Below are positions 20,911 to 30,804 of a stretch of 64,000 bases of DNA, one piece after another. The notes under the pieces were generated by a model, which saw only the letters and a list, made by a program, of their open reading frames with translations, was not told the DNA's origin and did not search any database. The DNA is taken from positions 101 to 64,100 of the forward strand of contig JAUSEK010000001.1 in assembly GCA_030650275.1 (NCBI GenBank), read 5' to 3'. This DNA comes from Candidatus Omnitrophota bacterium. GTDB lineage: Bacteria > Omnitrophota > Gorgyraeia > Zapsychrales > Fredricksoniimonadaceae. The position numbers and the translations under genes are program-made. How positions within the stretch are numbered: the stretch's first letter is position 1; each line of letters opens with the position of its first letter.

Positions 20911-22351
20911 AAGATGTCTTCACGTCGCGCGCGGCCTTGACCTCATCAGGACGTGAGATCGGCATGGTCTTGGGAAGGTCTTTGAAGGCCCCGGGATCCA
21001 ACTTGGATAAGGCGTCTGCGGCGATCATCTCATCGATAAAAGCGTCCATGGTCTGCTTGGACTCGGTTTCCGTGGGCTCGATCATGACCGCTTCGGGTAC
21101 GCTGATGGGGAAATACACCGTCGGCGGATGGATGCCGCGGTCAATGAGGAATTTGGCAATGTCAATGGCGTGCACGCCGCGGCTGGCCTGGATGGACGCG
21201 GAAAAAACCGCTTCGTGCATGCACAGCTTGTCAAAACACAATTTATAGTATGGCTGAAGACGGCGCATGATGTAATTGGCATTGAGAACCGCGTGGTCGG
21301 CCGTTGCCTTGAGGCCTTCTTTGCCGAGCATCAGGAGATACGCGTAAGCCCTCAACAAAAGGGCAAAATTGCCGTAAAAAGCCGCGATGTATCCGATGGA
21401 ATCAGGGTAGTCATAATCCAGGGCAAAGGTGCCGTCCTTGCGTTTGATGACCCGTGAAATGGGCAAAAACTTGGCGAGTTTGTCATTGACCCCGACAGGT
21501 CCGGCGCCCGGGCCTCCCCCGCCGTGCGGTGTCGTGAATGTCTTGTGCGTGTTGATATGCATCACGTCAAAACCCAAGTCCCCGGGCCGGCAGCGGCCCA
21601 GCAGTGCGTTCAAATTGGCCCCGTCATAATACATGATCCCGTCCACGGAATGGATGATCTTGGCAATTTCATCAATGTTGGATTCAAAAAGGCCGTAGGT
21701 GCTGGGGCAGGTCATCATCAGGCCCGCCACCTCGTCGTTGACAGCGCTTTTTAATTTTGCGATGTCCATTCCACCGTCTTTATTGGAAGGGATGGAAATG
21801 GTCTCGTATCCGGCGATGGCGGCGCTGGCCGGATTGGTGCCGTGGGCGGAATCCGGGATGATGACATATTTCTTCTTCTGGTTACCTTTGGCCTTATGAT
21901 ACGCGGCCATGAGCATAATGCCGGTCAATTCGCCGTGCGCGCCGGCCAGGGGCTGGAGCGTAAAATGCGAAAAGCCGGTCATTTCACACATCCATTGCTC
22001 AAGCTCGTAAAGGACCTCCAGGGCACCCTGGGTGAGCATTTCCCCACCCGCCAGTTGAGGCAGGAGCGGATGAAGGTCAGCGAAACCGGACAGACGCGAC
22101 AGGGCCTCGGTGAACTTGGGGTTATACTTCATGGTGCAGGAGCCCAGCGGATAAAAATGGGTGTCGACGGAGAAATTCTTTTGAGACAAAAGGGTATAAT
22201 GGCGCACGACATCCAGTTCCGATACCTCGGGCAAGGGCGCATCGTTGCCGCGGGCATACTTTTGCGGCACCTTGGCCTTAACCGGCACGTCGGAATCCGG
22301 AAACCTGAATCCCCTGCGGCCCTGAACGCTCTTTTCAAAAATTAATTTCAT
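20900..22351 (-). CDS. gcvPB: glycine dehydrogenase (decarboxylating) subunit 2
   Basis: 483 aa; PLP-dependent GcvP C-terminal half, conserved throughout. Confidence 0.95.
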   Translation of the reverse strand: MKLIFEKSVQGRRGFRFPDSDVPVKAKVPQKYARGNDAPLPEVSELDVVRHYTLLSQKNFSVDTHFYPLGSCTMKYNPKFTEALSRLSGFADLHPLLPQLAGGEMLTQGALEVLYELEQWMCEMTGFSHFTLQPLAGAHGELTGIMLMAAYHKAKGNQKKKYVIIPDSAHGTNPASAAIAGYETISIPSNKDGGMDIAKLKSAVNDEVAGLMMTCPSTYGLFESNIDEIAKIIHSVDGIMYYDGANLNALLGRCRPGDLGFDVMHINTHKTFTTPHGGGGPGAGPVGVNDKLAKFLPISRVIKRKDGTFALDYDYPDSIGYIAAFYGNFALLLRAYAYLLMLGKEGLKATADHAVLNANYIMRRLQPYYKLCFDKLCMHEAVFSASIQASRGVHAIDIAKFLIDRGIHPPTVYFPISVPEAVMIEPTETESKQTMDAFIDEMIAADALSKLDPGAFKDLPKTMPISRPDEVKAARDVKTSYAF

Positions 22352-23682
22352 AACGTTTCTTCCAGCGCTTTAACGTACGCATCAATTTCCGCCTTCGTAC
22401 GCTTTTCCGTGACAGCCACCAATAAATATTTCTCCATACCTTTATAGTAGCGCCCCAGCGGGAACCCGGCGGCGAAGCCCTTCTTGATCATGGCTCCGAC
22501 GACATCAGAAGCATCCTTGGGCAGGCAGATGGTGAACTCGTTGAACGTCGGCGAAGAACGCTTGACCTCAACACCTTTGATCTTCGCTATTTCCTGTTTG
22601 GCGTATTCGGCCTTGTCTAAATTCAGCTGTGCCATTTCCTTCAAGCCCTGACGGCCGATCATGGACATGAAGATCGCCGCCTGCAAAGCGCACAAGGAAA
22701 CATTGGTGCAAATGTTGGACGTGGCCTTTTCGCGGCGGATGTGCTGTTCGCGCGCCTGCAGGGTATTGACAAAACAGCGGCGCCCTTGGGTATCAACGGT
22801 TTCCCCGACGATGCGGCCGGGCATTTTGCGCATGTATTTCCCGCGCACGGTCATGAACCCCAGATACGGCCCGCCGAAATTCAGCGGCAATCCCAGGGAC
22901 TGGCCTTCGCCGGTGACGATGTCCGCGCCCATGGCCCCGGGGGTCTTGAGCAATCCCAGCGACACCGGATAAACGCTGACAATGGCCAAGGCTCCGACGC
23001 TATGGGCCTTTTCAATAATATCGGTCAGGTCATCGATGGCGCCAAAAAAATTAGGGTTCTGCAGGATAACGGCCGCGGTGTTCCGGTCCAGGAGTTTTTC
23101 GATCTCGGGCCGGCTGCTTTGCCCGTGCACGACCGGCGTTTCTTCAAATTGATAATGCAAATGATGCGTGTAGGTCTTGAGAATTTTGCGGTAAATGGGG
23201 CTGACCCCGCCGTCCATGATGATCTTGGAACGGCCCGTGACGCCCATCGCCATCATCATGGCCTCATACAAGGCCGTGCCGCCGTCATACAAAGAGGCGT
23301 TGGACACGTCCATGCCCGTCAAAGCGCACATGGAACTCTGGTATTCAAACAGGGACTGCAGGGTGCCCTGCGCGCATTCGGGCTGATAGGGCGTATAGGC
23401 GGTGTAAAATTCCCCGCGTGACGTGAGCATGCCCACGGCCGAAGGAATGTAATGGTCGTAAAATCCGCCGCCCAAGAACGGCACCAGGTGCACGTTATTT
23501 TTTAAGGAAAGCCCGGTGACCTTGCGCACGACCTCATATTCGGAAAGCCCCTCGGGCAGATCAAAGGACTTCGGACGGTGTTTGGGCTTGATGTCCGCAA
23601 AAAGTCCGTCTATGGAAGGAACGCCGGCAATGTCCAGCATTTGCCGGACTTCGGCATCGGTATTGGTGATATAAGGGTTCAC
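22348..23682 (-). CDS. gcvPA: glycine dehydrogenase (decarboxylating) subunit 1
   Basis: 444 aa; GcvP N-terminal half. Confidence 0.95.
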   Translation of the reverse strand: MNPYITNTDAEVRQMLDIAGVPSIDGLFADIKPKHRPKSFDLPEGLSEYEVVRKVTGLSLKNNVHLVPFLGGGFYDHYIPSAVGMLTSRGEFYTAYTPYQPECAQGTLQSLFEYQSSMCALTGMDVSNASLYDGGTALYEAMMMAMGVTGRSKIIMDGGVSPIYRKILKTYTHHLHYQFEETPVVHGQSSRPEIEKLLDRNTAAVILQNPNFFGAIDDLTDIIEKAHSVGALAIVSVYPVSLGLLKTPGAMGADIVTGEGQSLGLPLNFGGPYLGFMTVRGKYMRKMPGRIVGETVDTQGRRCFVNTLQAREQHIRREKATSNICTNVSLCALQAAIFMSMIGRQGLKEMAQLNLDKAEYAKQEIAKIKGVEVKRSSPTFNEFTICLPKDASDVVGAMIKKGFAAGFPLGRYYKGMEKYLLVAVTEKRTKAEIDAYVKALEETL

Positions 23683-23686
23683 GGGG

Positions 23687-24088
23687 TCATTGCTCTATGG
23701 TTGTGAGGTAATTGCGGTAGTCCTCGGCCGTCATTAAGGAAGAGGCCTCTTCGGAGCTGGTGATCTCGATCTTGGCGATCCAGCCCTTTTCGTAACAGTC
23801 CTTGTTGATCAGGCCCGGATCGTCTTGCAGGGCGCGGTTGACCTCGGTCACCCGGCCGGACATGGGAGAAAAAATATCGCTGGCCGCCTTGACCGACTCA
23901 ACAGAAACGAACTGCTCGAACTGTTCAACCTCCGTCCCTTCCTTGGGAAGTTCGATATAGGTGACGTCGCCCAGGGCGTTCTGGGCATAATCGGTGATGC
24001 CGACGGTGCCGGTATTGTCCTCAATATTGATCCACTCGTGGTCCTTGGTGTACAGATAATGGTCAATGATCTCAACAGCGCCGCTCAT
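23687..24088 (-). CDS. gcvH: glycine cleavage system H protein (lipoyl carrier)
   Basis: 133 aa; lipoyl-lysine motif ESVKAASDIFSP. Confidence 0.95.
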   Translation of the reverse strand: MSGAVEIIDHYLYTKDHEWINIEDNTGTVGITDYAQNALGDVTYIELPKEGTEVEQFEQFVSVESVKAASDIFSPMSGRVTEVNRALQDDPGLINKDCYEKGWIAKIEITSSEEASSLMTAEDYRNYLTTIEQ

Positions 24089-24109
24089 GTGACACTCCTA
24101 TTTTCCCGA

Positions 24110-25210
24110 TCATTTTTTTAAAGAGCCGTTCTTGTAAAACGGCCTGCGGGTCATCATGCCTTCGGTTTTGGTTTTATCATCCCCGAAAAGAATTTTCTTT
24201 TCAAGGACATTTTCCCCTTTTTCAACAAAGCCGATGCCGACCCCGGCATTCAGGCCCGCTGAAAATGTCCCGCTCGTCACTGTGCCGACGGCCCTGCCCT
24301 GTCCATTGTACAGCGTATGGCCGGCGCGCGGCGATTTGCGCGAACCGGAAACAAAATACCCGACCGTGCGGTGGTTGCCCGCCTCTTTTTGACGAAGGAC
24401 CGCCTCTTTACCGATAAAATCCTTGTTTCCGTCAATGAACTTATCCAGTCCCGCCTCCAGAGGAGAAATATTCTCCTCCAATTCATGGCCATAAAGCGAA
24501 TAACACATCTCAATACGCAAAACGTCGCGCACGCCCAGGCCGGTCGGCTTGACACCGGGGTCCTTTAAAATGCGGCGCCATATTTCAACGGCCTGTCCCC
24601 AGGGACAATAGATCTCATAGCCCAATTCGCCGGTATATCCGGTGCGGCTGACGATGCAGCGGATGCCGGCCACATCAAGGACCTCGAACCCGTAATAAGA
24701 CAAACGCTCAATGCCGGGGACCAAAGGTTTCAAAACATCCCGCGATAAAGGGCCCTGCACGTCGATCTTCGCGGTCTCGAACGACGCGTCGCGAAACGGG
24801 GTGTTCCCGGATAAATGCGCTTTGACATGCGCGGCATCCTTGGCAATATTGGCCGCGTTGACCACCATCATCCATGCCTCGCCGGTCAGACGGTATACAA
24901 TGCAATCGTCGATGACACCGCCCTGATCGTTGAGCATGACGCCGTAACGGCAGGTCAAAACCGGCATGTCCGCGATGGTCTGCGTGACGATCCGGTCCAG
25001 ACCGCAGGCAACGGCGTCCCCGCAGATGATGAACTCCCCCATATGAGAGCAGTCAAAGATGGAACATCTCTTGCGGTTATCTTCCCACTCGGCCAAAATG
25101 CCCGCATATTGCAAAGGCATGTTCCAGCCGCCAAAAGTCACCATTTTGGCGCCAAGGGCGGCGTGTTCGCCGGCCAGAGGCGTATTATGAATAACTGTTT
25201 CGGTGGGCAT
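24110..25210 (-). CDS. gcvT: aminomethyltransferase (glycine cleavage T protein)
   Basis: 366 aa; typical GcvT. Confidence 0.95.
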   Translation of the reverse strand: MPTETVIHNTPLAGEHAALGAKMVTFGGWNMPLQYAGILAEWEDNRKRCSIFDCSHMGEFIICGDAVACGLDRIVTQTIADMPVLTCRYGVMLNDQGGVIDDCIVYRLTGEAWMMVVNAANIAKDAAHVKAHLSGNTPFRDASFETAKIDVQGPLSRDVLKPLVPGIERLSYYGFEVLDVAGIRCIVSRTGYTGELGYEIYCPWGQAVEIWRRILKDPGVKPTGLGVRDVLRIEMCYSLYGHELEENISPLEAGLDKFIDGNKDFIGKEAVLRQKEAGNHRTVGYFVSGSRKSPRAGHTLYNGQGRAVGTVTSGTFSAGLNAGVGIGFVEKGENVLEKKILFGDDKTKTEGMMTRRPFYKNGSLKK

Positions 25211-25319
25211 AGTATCTGATGGTATAAGAATGGTATTTTTTAATCAAGATATTTTATTCCAAGAATTCCTTTGCCACGGGCCCGGGGAAGAATAAAATAC
25301 ATGAAGAAAGGAACTCACC

Positions 25320-25676
25320 ATGTCGTTCAATGACTTTATGAACAAGGTCCGCCAATGGGACAACCGCACCGCCCAATGGATGATACGCCATTTTTATATC
25401 CTTTTCTTCGAGATCATCCTGGTGGTCCTATTCATCGGCGTGTTCGTCAACGCGCTCAAAGTGATCGACGTGGGCATCGACATCCATAAGAACGACATCA
25501 TCGAACGCCTGCTGATGGTCCAATCGGTCAACACGCTTTTGATCGCGATCCTGTTGTTGTTCAACTCTTTCTGGCTTTTATACATCTTCGGCGGTTTGCT
25601 GCGGATCCGGAATCTGCTCAAGGACATTGATTTCAATTTAAGCCGGCGCAACGGCCCCCGCAACAAGAACGAATGA
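25320..25676 (+). CDS. small two-TM membrane protein of unknown function
   Basis: 118 aa; AAGGAA RBS 8 nt before the ATG; two hydrophobic helices. Divergent from gcvT. Confidence 0.4.
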   Translation: MSFNDFMNKVRQWDNRTAQWMIRHFYILFFEIILVVLFIGVFVNALKVIDVGIDIHKNDIIERLLMVQSVNTLLIAILLLFNSFWLLYIFGGLLRIRNLLKDIDFNLSRRNGPRNKNE

Positions 25677-25685
25677 CCCCGCAAA

Positions 25686-26915
25686 TTAAAAATATTCCTG
25701 GCACATGTCCTTCAACTGCGTCAAAACCTTGTTCTTGATCTGGCCGGCCCTGCCCCAATGGATGGACTCTTCGGTATTTTGCAGATAATTCATCTTGGCC
25801 AGACCGATGGCGCCGGCAAAAACCGGAACATTGTTCAGGCCCTTGGCCCCGACGCCCATCCCAACCGGCAGATGGACCCGTTGCTCAACGCGTTCCATGA
25901 GCCCGGGCAATAAAGCCCCTCCCCCGACCATGACAATGCCGCCGTTGAGATCATGGACAAGGACGGACCCCTCGATCACCGTTTCCAGATGCGTCAGGAA
26001 ATTCTCGATCTCCCAACCAACGGCATCGCAGACCGATTGGCGGCTGACCGGGACATACTCTGTGGCGCGCAGAACCAGGATGTCACCTGTTTCCGCCGAC
26101 GGACCCGGCGCGGCAACGGCATGCAGGCGCTTGATCTCCTCGGCCTTTTCGATCGTCAGGCTCAAACGGTCCGCGAGGGTTTGGGTGACATACTGCCCTC
26201 CCCAGGGGATCAATTGGATATCGCGCAGCACGCCGTCCTTGAATAACAGGACATTGGTCAGCTTGGCGCCGATATCGACCAGAACGCACCCCCTGTCCTT
26301 AAGATTTTTATCCAACACCACTTCAGCGGCGGCATAGGAGGAACAGGACAGGCGGTCCACCTCGAAACCGGCCTGATGCACGGCCTGCACCACATTGCGC
26401 AAACGATTGGCCTTGGCGGCCAGGATCAAAATATTGGACTCAAGTTTGCGGCCGAAAAGCCCCGCGGGGTTCAATGCCGCGTTAACGTCATCCACCCTGT
26501 ACATCTGGGGAAAATCGTGGATCGTTTCCTCGTCGATATCGACCCCCAGCAACCGGGCCTGGTGGTTGACCTTGCGGATGTCCGAAGGGCTGATGACCTT
26601 GGTGCCGGCGTCGATCAGGGGAATGACCGCGGCACTACGGTGCACGCTCAACGCGTCCGCACCTATTCCGACACGTAAGCTGCGGACCTCAACGGAAAAT
26701 TTCCGGGCCACACTTTTAACGGCGGACTTGATGCATTGGGACAGGTCCTCCAGATCGCTGACAGACCCGTCCTTGAGCCCCATCGCGCGGGTTTGAAAAA
26801 CCCCCAACAGCTCCAGGTTCTGTGCATCCTGCGCCTTGACCAGGGCGACCTTGAACTCACTGGCCCCCAGGTCCAAACCGCAAAAATATTTCAATCGCGC
26901 GACTCTCTTGAACAT
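25686..26915 (-). CDS. ftsA: cell division protein FtsA
   Basis: 409 aa; actin-like ATPase motifs (GLDLGA..., ...DIGAK...). Confidence 0.9.
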   Translation of the reverse strand: MFKRVARLKYFCGLDLGASEFKVALVKAQDAQNLELLGVFQTRAMGLKDGSVSDLEDLSQCIKSAVKSVARKFSVEVRSLRVGIGADALSVHRSAAVIPLIDAGTKVISPSDIRKVNHQARLLGVDIDEETIHDFPQMYRVDDVNAALNPAGLFGRKLESNILILAAKANRLRNVVQAVHQAGFEVDRLSCSSYAAAEVVLDKNLKDRGCVLVDIGAKLTNVLLFKDGVLRDIQLIPWGGQYVTQTLADRLSLTIEKAEEIKRLHAVAAPGPSAETGDILVLRATEYVPVSRQSVCDAVGWEIENFLTHLETVIEGSVLVHDLNGGIVMVGGGALLPGLMERVEQRVHLPVGMGVGAKGLNNVPVFAGAIGLAKMNYLQNTEESIHWGRAGQIKNKVLTQLKDMCQEYF

Positions 26916-26921
26916 ACGCTG

Positions 26922-27692
26922 TTATTTTGTCCTTTCCTCATCGGTCCCGGCGATGATGGGCTCGGCAAACCGCAGATCAACATACCGGGCCCGGGCCCAT
27001 TCAACGTTCCTTTGGGCCAAAAGGACCTCAAACTTCTGCACTTTCAACGGAAAATGGTCCTGGTCCAGGATCACGCGCAGTCCGCCGTCGAGAATGAACT
27101 CGATCTTCGACGGGTTGGCGGCATCAACGGCTGTGATCTTAAGCAAGGCCGTGCGCGGATGGCCCTTGAACTCATTCAGGATGGCCACCACCGCCCGCAG
27201 GGACCTGGAAACGACAGGAGCGCCCAGGACCACCCTGGGCCTTAGAACAATGCCGTTGACGACAGGCAAGGACGGCTGCTGGGTATCCGCGTTATAAAGC
27301 GCGACCCCCGCGGTATCCACGAGTAAAAATTTATTTTTCCGGCGCACCTGTGCCACAACATCGCGCTTCTTGGCCAGGACCTTGATCTTGTCGGGAAACT
27401 GGCGGATGACCCGCAATTGCGCGATCTGCGGGTATTGCGCGCTCAACCGGGAATGCACTTTGCGGACATCCACCTTAAAAATATTGTGCCCCTTTAACCC
27501 GCGCAGGTCCCGGGCATCAATGAACCGGATCGACGCGTCAACCAGCACGTCCTTGACCGCAAACAGCGGCGATGTCGTCAAGAAATCCACGGTTTTGGCA
27601 TACGCTGAAAAGACCACCAGGGCGATGAACAAAAAAACAATGGTCCGGATGACCGCAATGCCCGGGATGTTAATGTTTGACTTTTTTGCCAT
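26922..27692 (-). CDS. ftsQ: cell division protein FtsQ/DivIB
   Basis: N-terminal TM plus POTRA domain. Start taken as MAKKSNINIPG; the longer ORF-track form would overlap ddl by about 200 bp. Confidence 0.7.
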   Translation of the reverse strand: MAKKSNINIPGIAVIRTIVFLFIALVVFSAYAKTVDFLTTSPLFAVKDVLVDASIRFIDARDLRGLKGHNIFKVDVRKVHSRLSAQYPQIAQLRVIRQFPDKIKVLAKKRDVVAQVRRKNKFLLVDTAGVALYNADTQQPSLPVVNGIVLRPRVVLGAPVVSRSLRAVVAILNEFKGHPRTALLKITAVDAANPSKIEFILDGGLRVILDQDHFPLKVQKFEVLLAQRNVEWARARYVDLRFAEPIIAGTDEERTK

Positions 27693-28617
27693 AGGCCAGG
27701 TCCAAAAGTTTTTCGCATACCCCCGCGAACGAATACCCGGCCTTGAAAGCGGCCTTGGGGAACAAGCTTGTTTCGGTGAATCCGGGAATGGTGTTGATCT
27801 CCAGAATATAAGGGTCACCCTTTTCATCCACGCGCAGATCCACCCGCGAGAAGGCCTCACACCCGAGGATATCATGGGCGGCCAAAGCGATCTGCCGGAT
27901 ACGTTGTGTCAGGGCCTGATCAATGTCCGCGGGAACGGTGTATTGGGTCAACCCTTTCTGGTATTTGGAGGTGAAATCAAAAAAAGCGGAAGGCGGACGG
28001 ATCTCGACCAAGGGCAGGACCTCGCGGTCAAAAATACCCGCGGTGAATTCCCTCCCCTTGATGAACCGCTCAACGATCACGCGCCCACCGAACGACAAAG
28101 CGTCCTTGAAGGCCGATTCCCACTGGGAAGGATGGCGCACGATATAGACCCCGATGCTGGAGCCCTCGCACGCGGCCTTGACCACGAACGGCAAATTCTT
28201 GAGCGCGGCGAAAACATCCTTAAAAGTGACCGGGTCCCCGTCCGTGATGCAGACATGCGGCGGCACGGGAATGCCCGCCTGCTTGAACAGGGTTTGGGTT
28301 ATGGTCTTATCAAACGCCAGACGGCTGGCGTCGGGGCCGCAGCCCGTATAAGGAATATCCATTTCTTCCAAAATGGACTGGATCACTCCATCCTCCCCCA
28401 AACGGCCGTGCAAGGCGATAAAGGCGATGTCCATAGCAGCGTCCCGCAGCAGCGTCCTGATGAGGCCCTGGTCGGAAACGTTGATGTCAACAGGCACGGC
28501 CTGATGGCCGGCTCCGGACAATGCAAGGGCGACCGCCCGTCCCGACCTTAAAGAAATTTCCCTTTCGGACGAATAGCCACCCATCAAAACGCCGATGGTC
28601 CCGAAACGTCCGCTCAT
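27670..28617 (-). CDS. ddl: D-alanine--D-alanine ligase
   Basis: 315 aa; ATP-grasp Ddl motifs. Confidence 0.9.
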   Translation of the reverse strand: MSGRFGTIGVLMGGYSSEREISLRSGRAVALALSGAGHQAVPVDINVSDQGLIRTLLRDAAMDIAFIALHGRLGEDGVIQSILEEMDIPYTGCGPDASRLAFDKTITQTLFKQAGIPVPPHVCITDGDPVTFKDVFAALKNLPFVVKAACEGSSIGVYIVRHPSQWESAFKDALSFGGRVIVERFIKGREFTAGIFDREVLPLVEIRPPSAFFDFTSKYQKGLTQYTVPADIDQALTQRIRQIALAAHDILGCEAFSRVDLRVDEKGDPYILEINTIPGFTETSLFPKAAFKAGYSFAGVCEKLLDLAYGKKVKH

Positions 28618-30008
28618 ACCAATGGCTCCCTGTGACTGACGGCACCGGTGCGCTCTCTGAGCGCCGCCAAAAACGGTTCACACAGATCCGTGATGTCCCC
28701 GGCGCCCAAAAAAAGCACCAGGTCCCCGGGCCGCGCAACACGGACAAGGGTTTCAATGATGGATCCTTTTTTGAGATACGAGGCCCTGCGGCCCAGAACG
28801 CAACGGACCCGCTCAAACAATTGCGAAGCGGTCGCGCCTTCATTGGGTTTCTCGCCGGCGGCATAAATATCGGTGAGGATCAATTCATCGGTGAGGTCCA
28901 AGCTGCGCGCGAACTCATCCAAAAGGAATTTGGTGCGCGAATAACGGTGCGGCTGGAACACCGTCAGCAAACGCCGGCCGGCAAAAAGGCGCGCCGCCTT
29001 CAGGGTGGCGGTGATCTCCGTCGGGTGATGGCCATAATCGTCCACCACCATGATATCACCGGCCTCGCCCTTGAACTGGAAGCGGCGTCTGACGCCGGAA
29101 AACGTTCTCAAGGTCCGCCGGATCACCGCAAGGTCAATGTTCAATTCAAGCCCGAGGGTGATGCAGGCCAAGGCATTGAGGACATTGTGTTCGCCGCCAA
29201 CGGCAAGTTCAAAGTCCCCCAATTTCCCCTGGGGCGTCCGGCAGGAAAAACGGGAATGGAACCCGTCGGTGATGACATCGGTGGCCGTGACGTCAAAAGA
29301 GCGGTCAAAACCATACACCCGTGTCCGCGGCGCATGGGTTTTTGCCAGGCGGCGCAGGCGTTCGTCCTGCCCGCAGATGATCACTGTTCCCCCGGGGCGC
29401 GTGCATTGCATGAATTTGGCGTAAGCGCTCAAGATGCCGTCCCAATCCTTGTAATGGTCCACGTGCTCAAAATCCACATTGGTGATGATGGAAAAATGCG
29501 GCTTAAAATACAAAAATGTCCCATCGCTCTCATCCACCTCGGCCACAAAATACCTGCCCTCACCCAGATGCGCGTGATGATCGCTGCCCTTGACGATACC
29601 GCCGACGGCGGTGGTGGGGTTCAGACCCGCCTCAACCAACAGCAAGGCGACCATGGACGTGGTCGTGGTCTTGCCGTGGGCGCCGGCCACGGTGATCGCG
29701 GTCTGTTCATTGACCAATTGGGCCAGGACCTCGGCGCGGCGCAGCAGGGGGATCTTGCGGCTGACGGATTCAATACGTTCAGGATTGGCGATGGACACCG
29801 CCGAGGAGTAGACCACGAAATCGGGGCCCCGGACATTGCTGGCATGATGCCCGATGGTGATCTCGGCCCCGTTTTCTTTCAACCGGCCGGTCAGGTCGCT
29901 CGCTTTTAAGTCCGAACCGCTGACCTTATGTCCCTTGGCCAAAAGCAACGAGGCCAAAGCCCCCATGCCGATGCCGCCGATGCCGATCAGATGATAATGT
30001 TTGCGCAT
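28614..30008 (-). CDS. murC: UDP-N-acetylmuramate--L-alanine ligase
   Basis: 464 aa; GIGGIGMGALA and Mur ligase motifs. Confidence 0.9.
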   Translation of the reverse strand: MRKHYHLIGIGGIGMGALASLLLAKGHKVSGSDLKASDLTGRLKENGAEITIGHHASNVRGPDFVVYSSAVSIANPERIESVSRKIPLLRRAEVLAQLVNEQTAITVAGAHGKTTTTSMVALLLVEAGLNPTTAVGGIVKGSDHHAHLGEGRYFVAEVDESDGTFLYFKPHFSIITNVDFEHVDHYKDWDGILSAYAKFMQCTRPGGTVIICGQDERLRRLAKTHAPRTRVYGFDRSFDVTATDVITDGFHSRFSCRTPQGKLGDFELAVGGEHNVLNALACITLGLELNIDLAVIRRTLRTFSGVRRRFQFKGEAGDIMVVDDYGHHPTEITATLKAARLFAGRRLLTVFQPHRYSRTKFLLDEFARSLDLTDELILTDIYAAGEKPNEGATASQLFERVRCVLGRRASYLKKGSIIETLVRVARPGDLVLFLGAGDITDLCEPFLAALRERTGAVSHREPLV

Positions 30009-30012
30009 ACCT

Positions 30013-30804
30013 TTAACCGCCCTGAAGGCGCCTCAACCACATGGCATTGAGATCTTCCAAACTCTTGATGTGTACATACGTTTGACGCAAGGCATCTTCA
30101 AAACGCGTGTTCTTCTTGAGTTCCCGGCAAAGTTTGTAAAAATGCTGCTCGTCAAATTCAGTGATCAGGAAATACACGGCGCTGGCCGCCTCGGCATAAA
30201 AAAGCTGGACGGTATTTTCATCCGTATCTCTATATAATCGCATATCCGCCAATCCAGTTAAAGGAATAAATTGACCTTTTTCAATGGCTTGGCGCACAGC
30301 GCGGTCAGAACCGAAACGTTTGGCCTTTTCCTGGTACATGGCCACCCCCTCCTCAAACCACAAAGGGACATCCGCGGACATGCCGACGAATTCGCGGAAG
30401 ATGATATGCCCCAGCTCGTGGGGGAGCATGGAATCAAAAAACCCTTGCGCCGACGGGTAGGTCTTGATCACCTTTGCCTCCGCCAGGGCCGTTCCGTGGG
30501 ACCAGCCGGCCTGTCCGCCGTTTAGGACATAATCCTCTTCGTCGCGGTAAATGTAAATGACCGCGCGTTTGTCCCACGACCAGCTCTGATAACGGCTGAT
30601 CCCTAAATTGGCGGTGACCCTCCTGAAGTCCTCCTCCGCGGACGCCATCACGGTGTCCACGAAATCCTGCGGCACGTCCCTGTCATAGATGATGAAATTC
30701 TGCCCCTTTTGCTCTTCCCATTTCTGCGAAGACGGCGCGGCAAAAACATCCGACGTCAAAAACATACACAGAACGGTCAGTCCTACGCGGCCAACGACGT
30801 TCAT
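30013..30804 (-). CDS. secreted HExxH zinc metallopeptidase-like protein (peptidase MA-like)
   Basis: Signal peptide. HELGHIIF followed by LWFEEGVAMYQE, a gluzincin-type third-ligand Glu motif. Sits between murG and murC. Confidence 0.55.
   Translation of the reverse strand: MNVVGRVGLTVLCMFLTSDVFAAPSSQKWEEQKGQNFIIYDRDVPQDFVDTVMASAEEDFRRVTANLGISRYQSWSWDKRAVIYIYRDEEDYVLNGGQAGWSHGTALAEAKVIKTYPSAQGFFDSMLPHELGHIIFREFVGMSADVPLWFEEGVAMYQEKAKRFGSDRAVRQAIEKGQFIPLTGLADMRLYRDTDENTVQLFYAEAASAVYFLITEFDEQHFYKLCRELKKNTRFEDALRQTYVHIKSLEDLNAMWLRRLQGG

Noticed and set aside
22741-23421. Long plus-strand ORFs opposite gcvPA, murC (28521-29909), ftsI (38795-39646), ftsK (62662-63960) and similar
   Set aside because: Typical antisense open frames of high-GC genes; their translations are Arg/Gly/Pro-rich low-complexity with no motifs.
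25211-25319. Expected glycine riboswitch upstream of gcvT
   Set aside because: No GGAGAG...ACCGAAGG aptamer core in the 109-bp divergent region.
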